Shown here piece by piece: positions 1-8,968 of a DNA stretch of 32,000 nt. Below the pieces are notes generated by a model. The model had not been told where the DNA came from. It made no database searches and saw nothing but the letters and a program-made list of their open reading frames with translations. The position numbers and the translations under genes are program-made. How positions within the stretch are numbered: the first letter of the stretch is position 1; the number at the start of each line of letters is the position of its first letter. Source of the stretch: Pyrodictium abyssi (GTDB lineage: Archaea > Thermoproteota > Thermoprotei_A > Sulfolobales > Pyrodictiaceae); contig NZ_AP028907.1 in the NCBI RefSeq assembly GCF_036323395.1, positions 1,290,001-1,322,000 of the forward strand, written 5' to 3'.

Positions 1-170
1 CTCGCCGCATACTCATATCGCTTATAGAGAAGGAGGTGCTCGAGCCGAGGCTCTAGCCCGCCGGGCACCCACGCCCCGGCCCCTCTTTCTCCACCGCTAC
101 CGCGTACACCCTCGGCTTGCTTGGTGTTGGCACTGGGCGTCCCGGGGGCGAGTAGGTTCGGGTGCGTGTA

Positions 171-189
171 GCTAAGGCTATAGCTTAGC
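171..189. repeat. Short inverted repeat GCTAAG-GCTATAG-CTTAGC upstream of the first CDS
   Basis: Read directly: gctaaggctatagcttagc; 6-nt arms are perfect reverse complements. Confidence 0.5.
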
Positions 190-280
190 CGCCCCGTCTC
201 CCGGGGCTACTAGGGTGTATCCCCCGCCCCTGTTCTCCCAGCAGCCCACCCGAGGGCAGCGAGACCAGAGCGCTGGGGCC

Positions 281-985
281 ATGATAGTGTTGAGGAGCCG
301 CCGGCTCGACGAGTACCTTAGAGAGCTAGGCGCCGCGGTTAGGAGCAAGCAGGTAGACGTCGAGGCGCTCGTGCGCCGCATAGTCGAGGAGGCTGTCCGG
401 GAGGCTGGCTGCGGCGCCAGCGGCTCCCTGGACCCGGGGCTGCTGGAGAGGCTTGAGCGGGTAGAGCAGCGGCTCGAGAGGATAGAGCGGAGGCTAGAGC
501 AGCTGGAGCGGCGCGGCGCCAGCCTCTCCAGGAGGGATGTCGACGAGCTGGCCCGCGCTATAGCCTCGGCCGTGGCGGCTGCTGTCAGGGCCCAGGCGGG
601 GCACCAGCGTGGCCAGAGGGATGAACCGCGGTGGCTACGCGCTATCGTGGAGCGGCTACGGGGCCGGGGCTACGTTGTGCTGCACGAGCTGCCGCCCGAC
701 GTGCGGGATGGCTTCGACCCGGAGGAGGCCAGGCGCCGGGGACTAGTAGTGGCCAGCCTCGGGGGCCAGACCGTGGTTATGACGAGGCAGGGGCTGCGAG
801 ACTTCATGGAGAAGCTGCGGGGGCTCCGGGCGAGCGACGAGTACGAGGCAGAGACCCAGCTGGGGCGCTACAAGCTGCTGTTCCGGCTCCTCCGGGAGGA
901 GGGCCTCGTCTACTACGCCGGGCCCAGCAGGGGCTGGGTGGTCCAGGGCCAGCTGGAGAAGCTAGCCCATGAACACCTTGTATAG
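281..985 (+). CDS. Hypothetical protein with central coiled coil and possible C-terminal winged-helix-like segment
   Basis: ORF 215..985 with likely ATG at 281 (MIVLRSRRLDEYL...). Heptad-rich LERLERVEQRLERIERRLEQLERR. Confidence 0.7.
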   Translation: MIVLRSRRLDEYLRELGAAVRSKQVDVEALVRRIVEEAVREAGCGASGSLDPGLLERLERVEQRLERIERRLEQLERRGASLSRRDVDELARAIASAVAAAVRAQAGHQRGQRDEPRWLRAIVERLRGRGYVVLHELPPDVRDGFDPEEARRRGLVVASLGGQTVVMTRQGLRDFMEKLRGLRASDEYEAETQLGRYKLLFRLLREEGLVYYAGPSRGWVVQGQLEKLAHEHLV

Positions 986-1510
986 CAGGAGGCCTGCCAC
1001 TGTCTTGCCGTCGCGTATCTCGCCGCGCCTTATCATCTCCAGGGCCTCGTCTAGGGGGATCCAGAGGGTCTCTATCAGCTCGTCCTCCTCGGGCCGTGCC
1101 TCGGCCTCGCGTAGGTCGCCGGCCGCGTATATGTACATGACCTCGGTGGAAACGCCGGGGCTCGTGTAGAACCTGGCTAGCAGGCGGAGCCAGCCGGGCT
1201 CGTAGCCGGTCTCCTCGACCAGCTCCCTGCGCGCCGTCTCCTCCGGCTGCTCCCCGGGCTCGAGAGTGCCAGCTGGTATCTCGTAGAGCCACTCGCCCAC
1301 ACTAGGGCGGTACTGGCGCTCTAGCAGGACCCTCCCCGCCTCGTCCACGGCTACTACTGCTACCGCGCCTGGGTGGCGTAGCGTGTCGTAGACCTGCCTC
1401 CGGCCACGGATCAGCGCCTCTATCTGGCCGAGGGCGAAGCGCCGGCCGCGGCACAGCTCCCGGTACCCTAGGATACGTGGCTCAGCATCCACGCCGGGGC
1501 ACCCGCGCAC
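962..1510 (-). CDS. Nudix hydrolase (ADP-ribose pyrophosphatase-like)
   Basis: Nudix box GTLEPGEQPEETARRELVEETGY matches GX5EX7REUXEEXGU. Confidence 0.93.
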   Translation of the reverse strand: MRGCPGVDAEPRILGYRELCRGRRFALGQIEALIRGRRQVYDTLRHPGAVAVVAVDEAGRVLLERQYRPSVGEWLYEIPAGTLEPGEQPEETARRELVEETGYEPGWLRLLARFYTSPGVSTEVMYIYAAGDLREAEARPEEDELIETLWIPLDEALEMIRRGEIRDGKTVAGLLLYKVFMG

Positions 1511-1568
1511 CCCGAGGAGGCCCTGGCGGCGTAGAAGAGGGTAGCGGGGCCCAAGGCCCCATTAGGAG

Positions 1569-1578
1569 GGTATATAGG
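1569..1578 (+). promoter_or_regulatory. TATA-like promoter element for the pilin-like gene
   Basis: ggaGGGTATATAGGag about 40 nt upstream of the GTG start at 1617. Confidence 0.5.
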
Positions 1579-1616
1579 AGCATTATCTGCCTACTACATG
1601 TCATGGTGGCGCCCCT

Positions 1617-2411
1617 GTGAGGGGGCTCTCGCAGACCACAGCAGTAGCGCTCCTCACGCTGATAGCCGTAGTGTCGGCCGGGATACTCTACATGTGGTAC
1701 TCCGGCTTCACCGGCGGCAACGAGCCCAGCGCTTCTAGCGGCTTGGCCGCTTTGCGTATAGTGGCTGTCTCGCCGCTCTATAGCGGCAACAGCGAGTACT
1801 GCTACGGCGTATCCGTCGCCGTAGCCAATATAGGCGATGCTCCTGTCACGCTGGGCAACGTATCCAGCATCATACTGGGAGATGCTAGCGGCTCGACGGT
1901 GCCGTGCATAGGGCTCTGGGACGGCGATACCACGATACCCCCTGGCGAGATTGTAGAGTTGACGGCTCTGCCTATGGGGCAGCTGTCTAGCGCTAGGACC
2001 ATGCAGGTAAGAGTAGTGTCCACTGGCGGGGCTGAGGCCTCGTCGACGCTGCGCACGATGTGCGAGAGGGTGGCCCGCGGCTACGTGGTGCGCCTACCTG
2101 CCCTGGACGGGTACACTACCACGATAGACGCTGGCGGCGTGAACGTGACGCTGGCCGTAGAGCTGTACGACGCCACGTATAACACGTACAATGTGTCGTA
2201 CAGGGTGGATATGCCTGACGGTGTCAGGCTAGCCTACGCCAGGCTAGAGATACTGAACTCCACCGGCGGCCACCCCCGGTGGGCTGCCAACCCCGTCGTG
2301 GAGCACTACGACGTACCCGGGCCAAACTATGCGGCTAACTACTGGCTGCCGGTAGGCCGGGACGAGTTCCCGGTCACAGTGCTGGCGTCTCTCTACACCG
2401 AGCGGGGCTAG
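1617..2411 (+). CDS. Archaeal type IV pilin/archaellin-like secreted protein
   Basis: N-terminus MRGLSQTTAVALLTLIAVVSAGILYMWYSGFTGG: short basic segment then hydrophobic helix, as in archaeal class III signal peptides; Ser/Thr-rich extracellular-type remainder. Confidence 0.7.
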   Translation: MRGLSQTTAVALLTLIAVVSAGILYMWYSGFTGGNEPSASSGLAALRIVAVSPLYSGNSEYCYGVSVAVANIGDAPVTLGNVSSIILGDASGSTVPCIGLWDGDTTIPPGEIVELTALPMGQLSSARTMQVRVVSTGGAEASSTLRTMCERVARGYVVRLPALDGYTTTIDAGGVNVTLAVELYDATYNTYNVSYRVDMPDGVRLAYARLEILNSTGGHPRWAANPVVEHYDVPGPNYAANYWLPVGRDEFPVTVLASLYTERG

Positions 2412-2500
2412 GCTACACGCCGACGGGGCACGCGCGCTAGACCCTACCACATAAAGGGGGCCTTATAGCTGCTTCACGGCCCCTGGGGCTGGCCGCGGCC

Positions 2501-3037
2501 TTGGCTAACCGGGTTCTCGTGCCCTTCCACCTTGCCAGGCTGGGTGACAGAGTAGTCGGCATGGACGCGTTCTTCTGGCCAAGCCTCGAGAAGAGGTACC
2601 GGGTTGTACTCCTAGTGCACCCTGCTGAGAGGCTCGGCGGCACGCCCGCCGGGGCCTGTATGCTCCCCGTACGCGTGTCAGCCGAGGAGCAGGTAGAAGA
2701 GGTGCGTAGCATAGCCCGCCGGAGGCCGGAGAAGCCGCGTATCCACCGGGCCCCTCTATGGCGGAGAATAGCCTGGCTCTTCATGCCTATGGGTGTGCTC
2801 CGCGACGGGCAGGAGGACATCCTCGAGCTCTCCGAGGAGCTGCAGGCTGTGGGCCTCGCTAGGGCGCTCCGCGGCCTTGAGCCGCTCGGCGAGACGCGCT
2901 ACGCCGTCTTCGAGCACGTGGAGGCCGAGCAGGGCGGACTACTCCTCCCCCTGGACGAGTCTATGAGGAGGATATACCTGGAGCTAGCGCGCCGCGACCA
3001 GGGCTACCAGCAGGCGCTAGAGGATGCCCGCTGCTAA
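2501..3037 (+). CDS. Hypothetical protein
   Basis: 178-aa ORF with TTG start; acidic/basic globular composition; TATA-like ccttatag about 35 nt upstream. Confidence 0.6.
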   Translation: MANRVLVPFHLARLGDRVVGMDAFFWPSLEKRYRVVLLVHPAERLGGTPAGACMLPVRVSAEEQVEEVRSIARRRPEKPRIHRAPLWRRIAWLFMPMGVLRDGQEDILELSEELQAVGLARALRGLEPLGETRYAVFEHVEAEQGGLLLPLDESMRRIYLELARRDQGYQQALEDARC

Positions 3038-3316
3038 GCACCCGAGGGCAGGAGCGCTGGAACATAGTGGCGGGTCGGCCAGCAGCCCCTAGTCGTCACT
3101 AGCCCGGGGCCCGCAGCCCCCGGGGACCCGGCTGCGGAGCCCCTCCGCTTTGCTACATGTCCTCATACCCGCCACGGCGACGTGCAACGCGTCGCCGAAG
3201 CTATATCTCCTACGCCTGACCATCTACACCGGGCCATTGGGCTCTATTGCTGCTAATGACTCTCTCCGTCCAGCGCTAGTGTCATCACAACTACTGCCCT
3301 AGACCCTAGCCAAGGC

Positions 3317-3327
3317 CTTTATATATG
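3317..3327 (+). promoter_or_regulatory. TATA-like promoter element
   Basis: caaggCCTTTATATATGccg about 40 nt upstream of ATG 3363. Confidence 0.6.
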
Positions 3328-3362
3328 CCGTTATTCTTATACTATACTACACGGGTGCTGTA

Positions 3363-4480
3363 ATGCACTATGCTAGAAGGCCTGGAGGCATGAGCAACTA
3401 CGTAATACCCGCCCTGCTAGCACTGCTCATACTCCTCATAGTCCTTGCCTCCCGGGCAGGCCTGCCTCGCACCCCTTCCATGACCACCACGGCTACCGCC
3501 GCCAACACTGCAACTGTCTATGAAACCACATCTGGTACAAGGACGACTCCGCAGGAGAAAACCGCGGCAAGGGCGCCGGGGGTTACAGAGACGCGGACTA
3601 TAGGAGCCATAGCCGCTGTAGCCGCTGCGACGGCCACAGAGACTACAGAGACTACTAATGCCTCCGTCTGGTGTAGTATCACTTGCTACTATCTAACAGG
3701 TATCGAGCCAGAGTCTCTACTAGCCAGGTACTGGGCTGCAGCAGTGATAGAGCCGGACGAGGCAGATGACACAGTTATAGCTGAGGCGAGGAAGCACAGC
3801 GGCCCCGTCCTAGCCTACTTGAACGCCGGGTACGCCGAGGAGTGGAGAGACTACTGGAACGCCATTCGAGACGAACCCTGGGTCCACGGCGCTACCGTGT
3901 ATGAGGGCGAGTACTACGTGGAGTACTGGCGCCCAGAGTGGAGGGAGACACTCATAGAGCTGGCGGAGAGGTACCTTGCTAGGGGCTTCCAGGGCGTCTA
4001 TCTGGACAACATAGATGCTGCTAAGCTGCTCGCCGAGAAACACCCTCCTGGGCCCAGGGGGTAGACCCGCGGGAGGCCATGATAGACCTCGTCTGCGGCG
4101 TGTCCCACGCCGTGAAGACCCTGGACCCGGAAGCAAGGGTCTACATCAACATCGGCAGCGCCATGAACATGCTCTACGACGAGAGGCTCCTCAGCTGCAT
4201 AGACGGGGTCCTCCGGGAGGAGCTGTGGAGCCGCCTGGGCCCCTCGGGGCCCGAGCCCCAGGACCCCCGGGAGACCGTGGAGGCCCTAGACGCGCTCGTC
4301 TATGCCCATAGCCGCGGCAAGACTGTGCTCGTAGCCGACCCCGTCGCTGGCAGGGAGGAGGCTGAGGGCTTCTGCAGGAGGGCATGGAGCCATGGCTTCG
4401 TGCCTATCCCTCAGCCCGCGTGGGCTGCTGACTATAGCGTTCCGCCTCCGCGGGACTGGTGCCGCTGCAGCCAGGGATAG
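3363..4480 (+). pseudogene. Secreted GH114/TM1410 (MJ1477)-like glycosidase (endo alpha-1,4-polygalactosaminidase family), reading frame interrupted
   Basis: ORF 3363..4064 has a signal/TM helix, Thr-rich linker and VLAYLNAGYAEEWRDYW...VEYWRPEWRETLIEL...RGFQGVYLDNIDA. The adjacent ORF in another frame (4079..4480) continues DPREAMIDLVCGVSHAVKTLDPEARVYINIGSAM. A -1 shift at the GGGGG at 4057-4061 joins them. Could be a pseudogene, programmed frameshift or sequence error. Confidence 0.65.
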
Positions 4481-4523
4481 GCGCCATGGGCTCTGGGCGT
4501 ATTTAGCCCCGGGTCTTGGCGCT

Positions 4524-5861
4524 ATGTGTCCCGGCGTGCCCGGGGGGAGGGTGGCGAGGACGAGTAGGGAGGGTAAGCTCAGCCTCTGGGAGGCTACAGC
4601 TATAGCCGTAGGCGTTATCATAGGCGCTAGTATCTTCTCCATACTGGGCGTCGGCGCAGAGATAGCGGGCAGGAACCTGCCGGTAGCTTTCATCCTAGCC
4701 TCTCTCGCCGCTAGCCTCGTGGCGTACTCCTACGCTAAGCTTGGTTCCAGGTTCGTCTCTAACGCTGGGCCTATAGAGTTCATCCTCAGGGGTATCGGCG
4801 ACAACATCGTGACCGGTGTGCTCGCGTTCATGCTCTGGTTCACCTACGTCGTGTCCATATCCTTGTTCGCCAAGACGTTCGCGGGCTACTTCCTAGCCCT
4901 AGTCGGAGCCGAGCTATCCCTGCTCAACACAGCCGCCGTGGAGGTGCTCGTCGTAGCCTTCTTCACCGCGCTGAACATCCGCGGCTCCAAGGCCGTGGGG
5001 AGGGCTGAGAGCCTCATAGTCGCCGCGAAGCTCGCAGTGCTAGGCGTCTTCGTGACCGCTGGCCTCTGGACTGTGAACCCGAGCTGGGTGGCGCCAGACC
5101 TCAGCCCGCGCCGCCTGGCGGGCGCCGTGTACGCTATGACGCTCTTCTTCCTTAGCTACACTGGCTTCGGCTTGGTGACCAACGCCTCGGAGGACGTTGA
5201 GGAGCCGGAGCGCAACGTGCCCCGCGCAATATACCTTAGCCTCGCGATAGCCACGCTAGTCTACGTCTCCATAGCCGTCGTGGCTGTGGGCAACCTGCCC
5301 GTAGAGAGGCTCGTAGAGGCCGAGGAGTACGCGCTAGCCGAGGCCGCTAGACCGTTCCTAGGCAGCCTAGGCTTCACTCTGGTCTCGCTTGGCGCTCTGC
5401 TCTCCACGAGCTCAGCTATCAACGCTACGCTCTACGGGGGCGCCAACATAGCCTACGCGCTAGCCAAGAAGGGTGAGCTGCCGGAGATCTTCGAGAGGAA
5501 GAAGTGGTTCGGCGAGCCAGAGGGCCTCTACCTGACAGCGCTCCTGGGGATGGCTTTCGCGCTCCTCCTGGACCTGGGCGGCGTGGCTGCCGTCTGCAGC
5601 GCCACGTTCATAGCCGTCTACCTGGCCGTGATAGTATCCCACTATAGGCTCGCAGACGAGACCCGGGGCAACAGGCTAGTCATAGCCGTCAGCTTCGTGG
5701 TGGTCCTGGCCATACTGGTGCTGCTCCTCTACTACCAGTGGCGCAGCAACCCCCGCGCGTTCTACACCATACTCCTAGTCTACGCCGCCGCCGTCCTCGT
5801 GGAGGCCGTGTACCGTAGGCTGTCTAGGCGTAGCTTCCGGAGGGCGCTACGCGCTGGCTAA
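4524..5861 (+). CDS. APC superfamily amino acid permease
   Basis: LSLWEATAIAVGVIIGASIFSILGVGAEIAGRN, multiple TM helices; ORF open from 4392 but the first plausible start is ATG 4524. Confidence 0.9.
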   Translation: MCPGVPGGRVARTSREGKLSLWEATAIAVGVIIGASIFSILGVGAEIAGRNLPVAFILASLAASLVAYSYAKLGSRFVSNAGPIEFILRGIGDNIVTGVLAFMLWFTYVVSISLFAKTFAGYFLALVGAELSLLNTAAVEVLVVAFFTALNIRGSKAVGRAESLIVAAKLAVLGVFVTAGLWTVNPSWVAPDLSPRRLAGAVYAMTLFFLSYTGFGLVTNASEDVEEPERNVPRAIYLSLAIATLVYVSIAVVAVGNLPVERLVEAEEYALAEAARPFLGSLGFTLVSLGALLSTSSAINATLYGGANIAYALAKKGELPEIFERKKWFGEPEGLYLTALLGMAFALLLDLGGVAAVCSATFIAVYLAVIVSHYRLADETRGNRLVIAVSFVVVLAILVLLLYYQWRSNPRAFYTILLVYAAAVLVEAVYRRLSRRSFRRALRAG

Positions 5862-5882
5862 GCGTGGCCGGCTAGTCCACGC
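5862..5882 (+). terminator. Possible terminator-type hairpin after permease stop
   Basis: GCGTGG-ccggctagt-CCACGC starts 1 nt after the TAA at 5859-5861. Confidence 0.35.
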
Positions 5883-5910
5883 ACATAGTAGGCCTCGGCT
5901 AGGATAAATA

Positions 5911-5927
5911 CTGGACCCCTGGTCCAG
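5911..5927. promoter_or_regulatory. Perfect palindrome CTGGACC-CCT-GGTCCAG next to TATA-like element (possible operator)
   Basis: 7-nt perfect arms, 3-nt spacer, directly following aggATAAATA (5901-5910), upstream of GTG start 5952. Confidence 0.5.
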
Positions 5928-5951
5928 GCCTTGCCGTGAGGTGGGCGAGCC

Positions 5952-7082
5952 GTGAGAAGAGCAGAGGCCATGGCCGTAGTAGCCGTGGCAGCCATCCTGG
6001 TGGCCGGATACCTGGCGGCAGACCGGGGAGGAGCACAGCCAGCCACAGCCACCGTGACCGTTAGAGCAGCCGTCACCTCCACAGTGACCACTACCACGGT
6101 TGAGACAGAGACCGCCACCGTGACGGCCACCGTCCCAGAGACGGTGACGACCACGGTCGTAGAGACCCATACGCGCATCGAGAAGCGGGTCGTCCTCGTC
6201 GACGCACTCGGCAGGACAGTGGAGCTAGAGAAGCCCGCCGAGCGGGTGGTGGCCCTAGCGCCGTCGATAACTGAGGATGCGTGCAGCCTAGGGCTCTGCA
6301 GCCGCCTAGTAGGCGTGGACAGCTTTTCCAAGAGCCTGCCAGGCGTCCCCAGCGAGGCCGCGGATGTCGGTGGCTACTGGCAGCCCAGTAGCGAGTCCAT
6401 CGCCGGGCTGAAGCCGGACCTCGTGCTGGCGTGCAGCGGCGTCCCCGCCCAGGAGCAGATGACCCGGCAGCTCGAGGGCCTCGGCGTCAAGGTGTTCTTC
6501 CTCCGCTGCGACAGGGCCCGCAGCCTGGACGACATCTACTGGGACCTACGCGCGGTAGCCGCCCTGCTAGGCGAGCCCCAGGCCGCCGACCGCGTCATAG
6601 AGTCGATGCGGGAGCGGATAGCCCTGCTCGAGAAGAGGCTAGCGAACACCACTAGGCCTAGCGTAGCGCTGCTGGTCTACCTTCAGGAGAACGGCGCCTG
6701 GGTAGCAGGCGGCGGCACGTTCCACGACACAGTGGTAGCGCTCGCCGGCGGCTCCAACGTGTTCCACAGCCTCTATGGCTGGCAGATGGTGGGCTACGAG
6801 GAGCTGGTCTCCCGGGACCCCGACTACATACTTGTGACCGGTATGACCCAGGCCGACTTCAACCGGACCATAGAGCTTATAGAGAAGACGCCGCTGCGCG
6901 AGGCCAAGGCGTTCCGGGAGGGCCACGTATGCGTCCTCTACGGCGCCGCTACAGACGCGCTCAACAGGCCCTCGCCGGGGATAGTGGACGCGGCCTACCT
7001 GCTAGCCTCGATACTCCACCCCGGCGCCGTTGAGCCGCCCGAGAGGCTAGCCGGCAACTATACCTGCCTCGGGCAGGGCTAG
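5952..7082 (+). CDS. btuF: ABC transporter substrate-binding protein, BtuF/FepB family (cobalamin/iron chelate)
   Basis: Signal/TM helix, Thr/Val-rich linker, then RVVLVDALGRTVELEKPAERVVALAPSITEDACSLG...VGVDSFSKSLPGV...DVGGYWQPSSESIAGLKPDLVL. Confidence 0.85.
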   Translation: MRRAEAMAVVAVAAILVAGYLAADRGGAQPATATVTVRAAVTSTVTTTTVETETATVTATVPETVTTTVVETHTRIEKRVVLVDALGRTVELEKPAERVVALAPSITEDACSLGLCSRLVGVDSFSKSLPGVPSEAADVGGYWQPSSESIAGLKPDLVLACSGVPAQEQMTRQLEGLGVKVFFLRCDRARSLDDIYWDLRAVAALLGEPQAADRVIESMRERIALLEKRLANTTRPSVALLVYLQENGAWVAGGGTFHDTVVALAGGSNVFHSLYGWQMVGYEELVSRDPDYILVTGMTQADFNRTIELIEKTPLREAKAFREGHVCVLYGAATDALNRPSPGIVDAAYLLASILHPGAVEPPERLAGNYTCLGQG

Positions 7083-7117
7083 AGGGGCAGCGAGCACCAC
7101 TGGGGGCGCCCGGGGCC

Positions 7118-8092
7118 GTGCACACCCGGCGTGTTTTTACAGCGCTCGCGGGCACCATCCTCCTGCTCTTCCTCGTCAGCCTCGCCGTGGGCCCTGCTGG
7201 GCTCCGCAACCCCCTAGAGCCGGGGCACTGGGACCTAGTGCTCCGCCTTAGGCTGCTACGGAGCCTCCTCGCCCTGGGTGTCGGTGCCGCGCTAGGCGCC
7301 GCCGGCTCATTCATCCAGTACAGCGTCTCGAACCCGCTGGCGAGCCCCAGCATCCTAGGGGTAGCGCCGGGCGCGCTAGCAGCATCCGTGCTGGTTGTCC
7401 TAGCCTGGGGCGGCTCACCCCCGCTCGGAGCCCCCCTCCTCGCGGGGACACTGGGCGGGCTAGCAGCCTACCTGGCCTCGGCTGGCATAGCTGCGCGGCT
7501 CGGGTTCACCCGGGTAGGCCTAGTCCTGGCGGGCGTAGCCGTCTCTAGCACGCTCTCCGGGCTCTCGAGCCTCCTACTCCTTCTCGCCGAGGCGCGGCTC
7601 CGCATACCCGCCTCGCTGACCCTCCTCGGCAGCTTCGCCTACGCTACCCCCTCCAGCGTCTACATAGCATCGGCCGCCGCCGGGACAGGGCTGGTGGCCG
7701 GGCTGGTGCTCTCCCGCGGCCTCGACGCCGTCTCCTACGGCGACGAGGCGGCCGCCGCCATGGGGTATAGCCCCTCCCGTGTGCGGCTCGCAGCGAGCCT
7801 AGCCTCGGCCGCGCTGACATCTGTCTGCGTCTACGCCGCTGGCATAGTCGGGTTCGTGGGCCTCGTGGCCCCCAACGCCGCCCGGCTGCTCGTGGGCGGC
7901 CACCCCCGGGTCAGCCTGCCCGCCTCCCTGCTACTCGGCGCAGGCACCGCACTGGCCGCTGACCTGGCTGGTAGGCTTGCCGCGCTAGTCCTGGGGCTCG
8001 GCGAGGTGCCGGCGGGCCTCGTCACGAGCAGCGTCGGCGGCCTCTTCCTAGCCTACATGCTTCTCCGCGGGGCACTGGAGAGGGAGGCGTAG
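7118..8092 (+). CDS. btuC: ABC transporter permease, FecCD/BtuC family
   Basis: LRLLRSLLALGVGAALGAAGSFIQYSVSNPLASPSILGVAPGA...GIVGFVGLVAPNAARLLVGG.HPR; operon context. Confidence 0.93.
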   Translation: MHTRRVFTALAGTILLLFLVSLAVGPAGLRNPLEPGHWDLVLRLRLLRSLLALGVGAALGAAGSFIQYSVSNPLASPSILGVAPGALAASVLVVLAWGGSPPLGAPLLAGTLGGLAAYLASAGIAARLGFTRVGLVLAGVAVSSTLSGLSSLLLLLAEARLRIPASLTLLGSFAYATPSSVYIASAAAGTGLVAGLVLSRGLDAVSYGDEAAAAMGYSPSRVRLAASLASAALTSVCVYAAGIVGFVGLVAPNAARLLVGGHPRVSLPASLLLGAGTALAADLAGRLAALVLGLGEVPAGLVTSSVGGLFLAYMLLRGALEREA

Positions 8093-8094
8093 GC

Positions 8095-8880
8095 ATGGCG
8101 GCCGAGCCGCTGAGGGCTCTGAGCGTGTACGCCGAGCGGGGCGGCAGCCCCGTGCTCCGAGGAGTGACGCTGGAGGCGCCGCCAGGCGAGGTGACGGTAG
8201 TGCTCGGCCCCAACGGCGCCGGGAAGACCACGCTCCTCCAGGTGCTGGGGGGCCTCCATAGGCCTAGCCGGGGGCGCGTCCTCCTCGGAGACCTCGACGT
8301 CCACGCCCTCGCGGCCCGGGACCGGGCCAGGCTCATAGCCTACGTGCCCGCTGTGCTAGAGGCGCCGGGCCTCGGCCAGAGGGTCGAAGAGTTCGTCGCG
8401 GCTAGCCGGTACCCTCTCCACCGGGGGCTCGGCCTAGGCCCCGAGAGAGAGGACCTCGAAGAGGCGTGGCGCCAGCTCAGCCGCGTCGAGGCAGACCGGC
8501 TGGCTGGGAGGAAGCTCAGCGCGCTCAGCAGCGGCGAGAAGCAGAGGGCACTACTAGCACACGCCCTGGCGCGGGGCTCACGGGTGCTCCTAGTGGACGA
8601 GCCTACGAGCTTCCTCGACATGCGGGGTAAGCTGCTTGTCTACAAGCTTCTCCGCGAAGAGGCGCGCCGCGGCCGAGTAGTAGTCGCTGTGACACACGAC
8701 ATGCTCCTCGCCGGGCTCTACGCCGACCAGGTGGTGCTCCTCTCCGAGGGGAGGGTTGTAGCCCAGGGTACGCCCACAGAGGTACTCAGCCCAGAGCTCC
8801 TAGAGAAGGTGTTCCACGTGAGGGTCGAACTCCTCCGACTTGGAGGCAGGGTTGTACCACTGCCTGTGGACACCGCGTAG
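8095..8880 (+). CDS. btuD: ABC transporter ATP-binding protein, BtuD/FecE family
   Basis: Walker A GPNGAGKTTLLQ; signature LSSGEKQRALLAHAL; Walker B VLLVDEPTSFLD; H-loop VTHD. Confidence 0.93.
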   Translation: MAAEPLRALSVYAERGGSPVLRGVTLEAPPGEVTVVLGPNGAGKTTLLQVLGGLHRPSRGRVLLGDLDVHALAARDRARLIAYVPAVLEAPGLGQRVEEFVAASRYPLHRGLGLGPEREDLEEAWRQLSRVEADRLAGRKLSALSSGEKQRALLAHALARGSRVLLVDEPTSFLDMRGKLLVYKLLREEARRGRVVVAVTHDMLLAGLYADQVVLLSEGRVVAQGTPTEVLSPELLEKVFHVRVELLRLGGRVVPLPVDTA

Positions 8881-8968
8881 AAGGGGCAGAGAGAAGCAGG
8901 TCCTACGTTGGCCTCCGGAGGGGCCGCAAAAACCAGGTAAAGGGCCTGGGAGGGGGAGGCTACAGAGG

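Noticed and set aside
6050-6180. Repetitive ACC/GTG-rich tract resembling a minisatellite
   Set aside because: It is explained by the Thr/Val-rich linker (TVTVRAAVTSTVTTTTVETETATVTATVPETVTTTVV) between the membrane anchor and binding domain of the BtuF-like protein.
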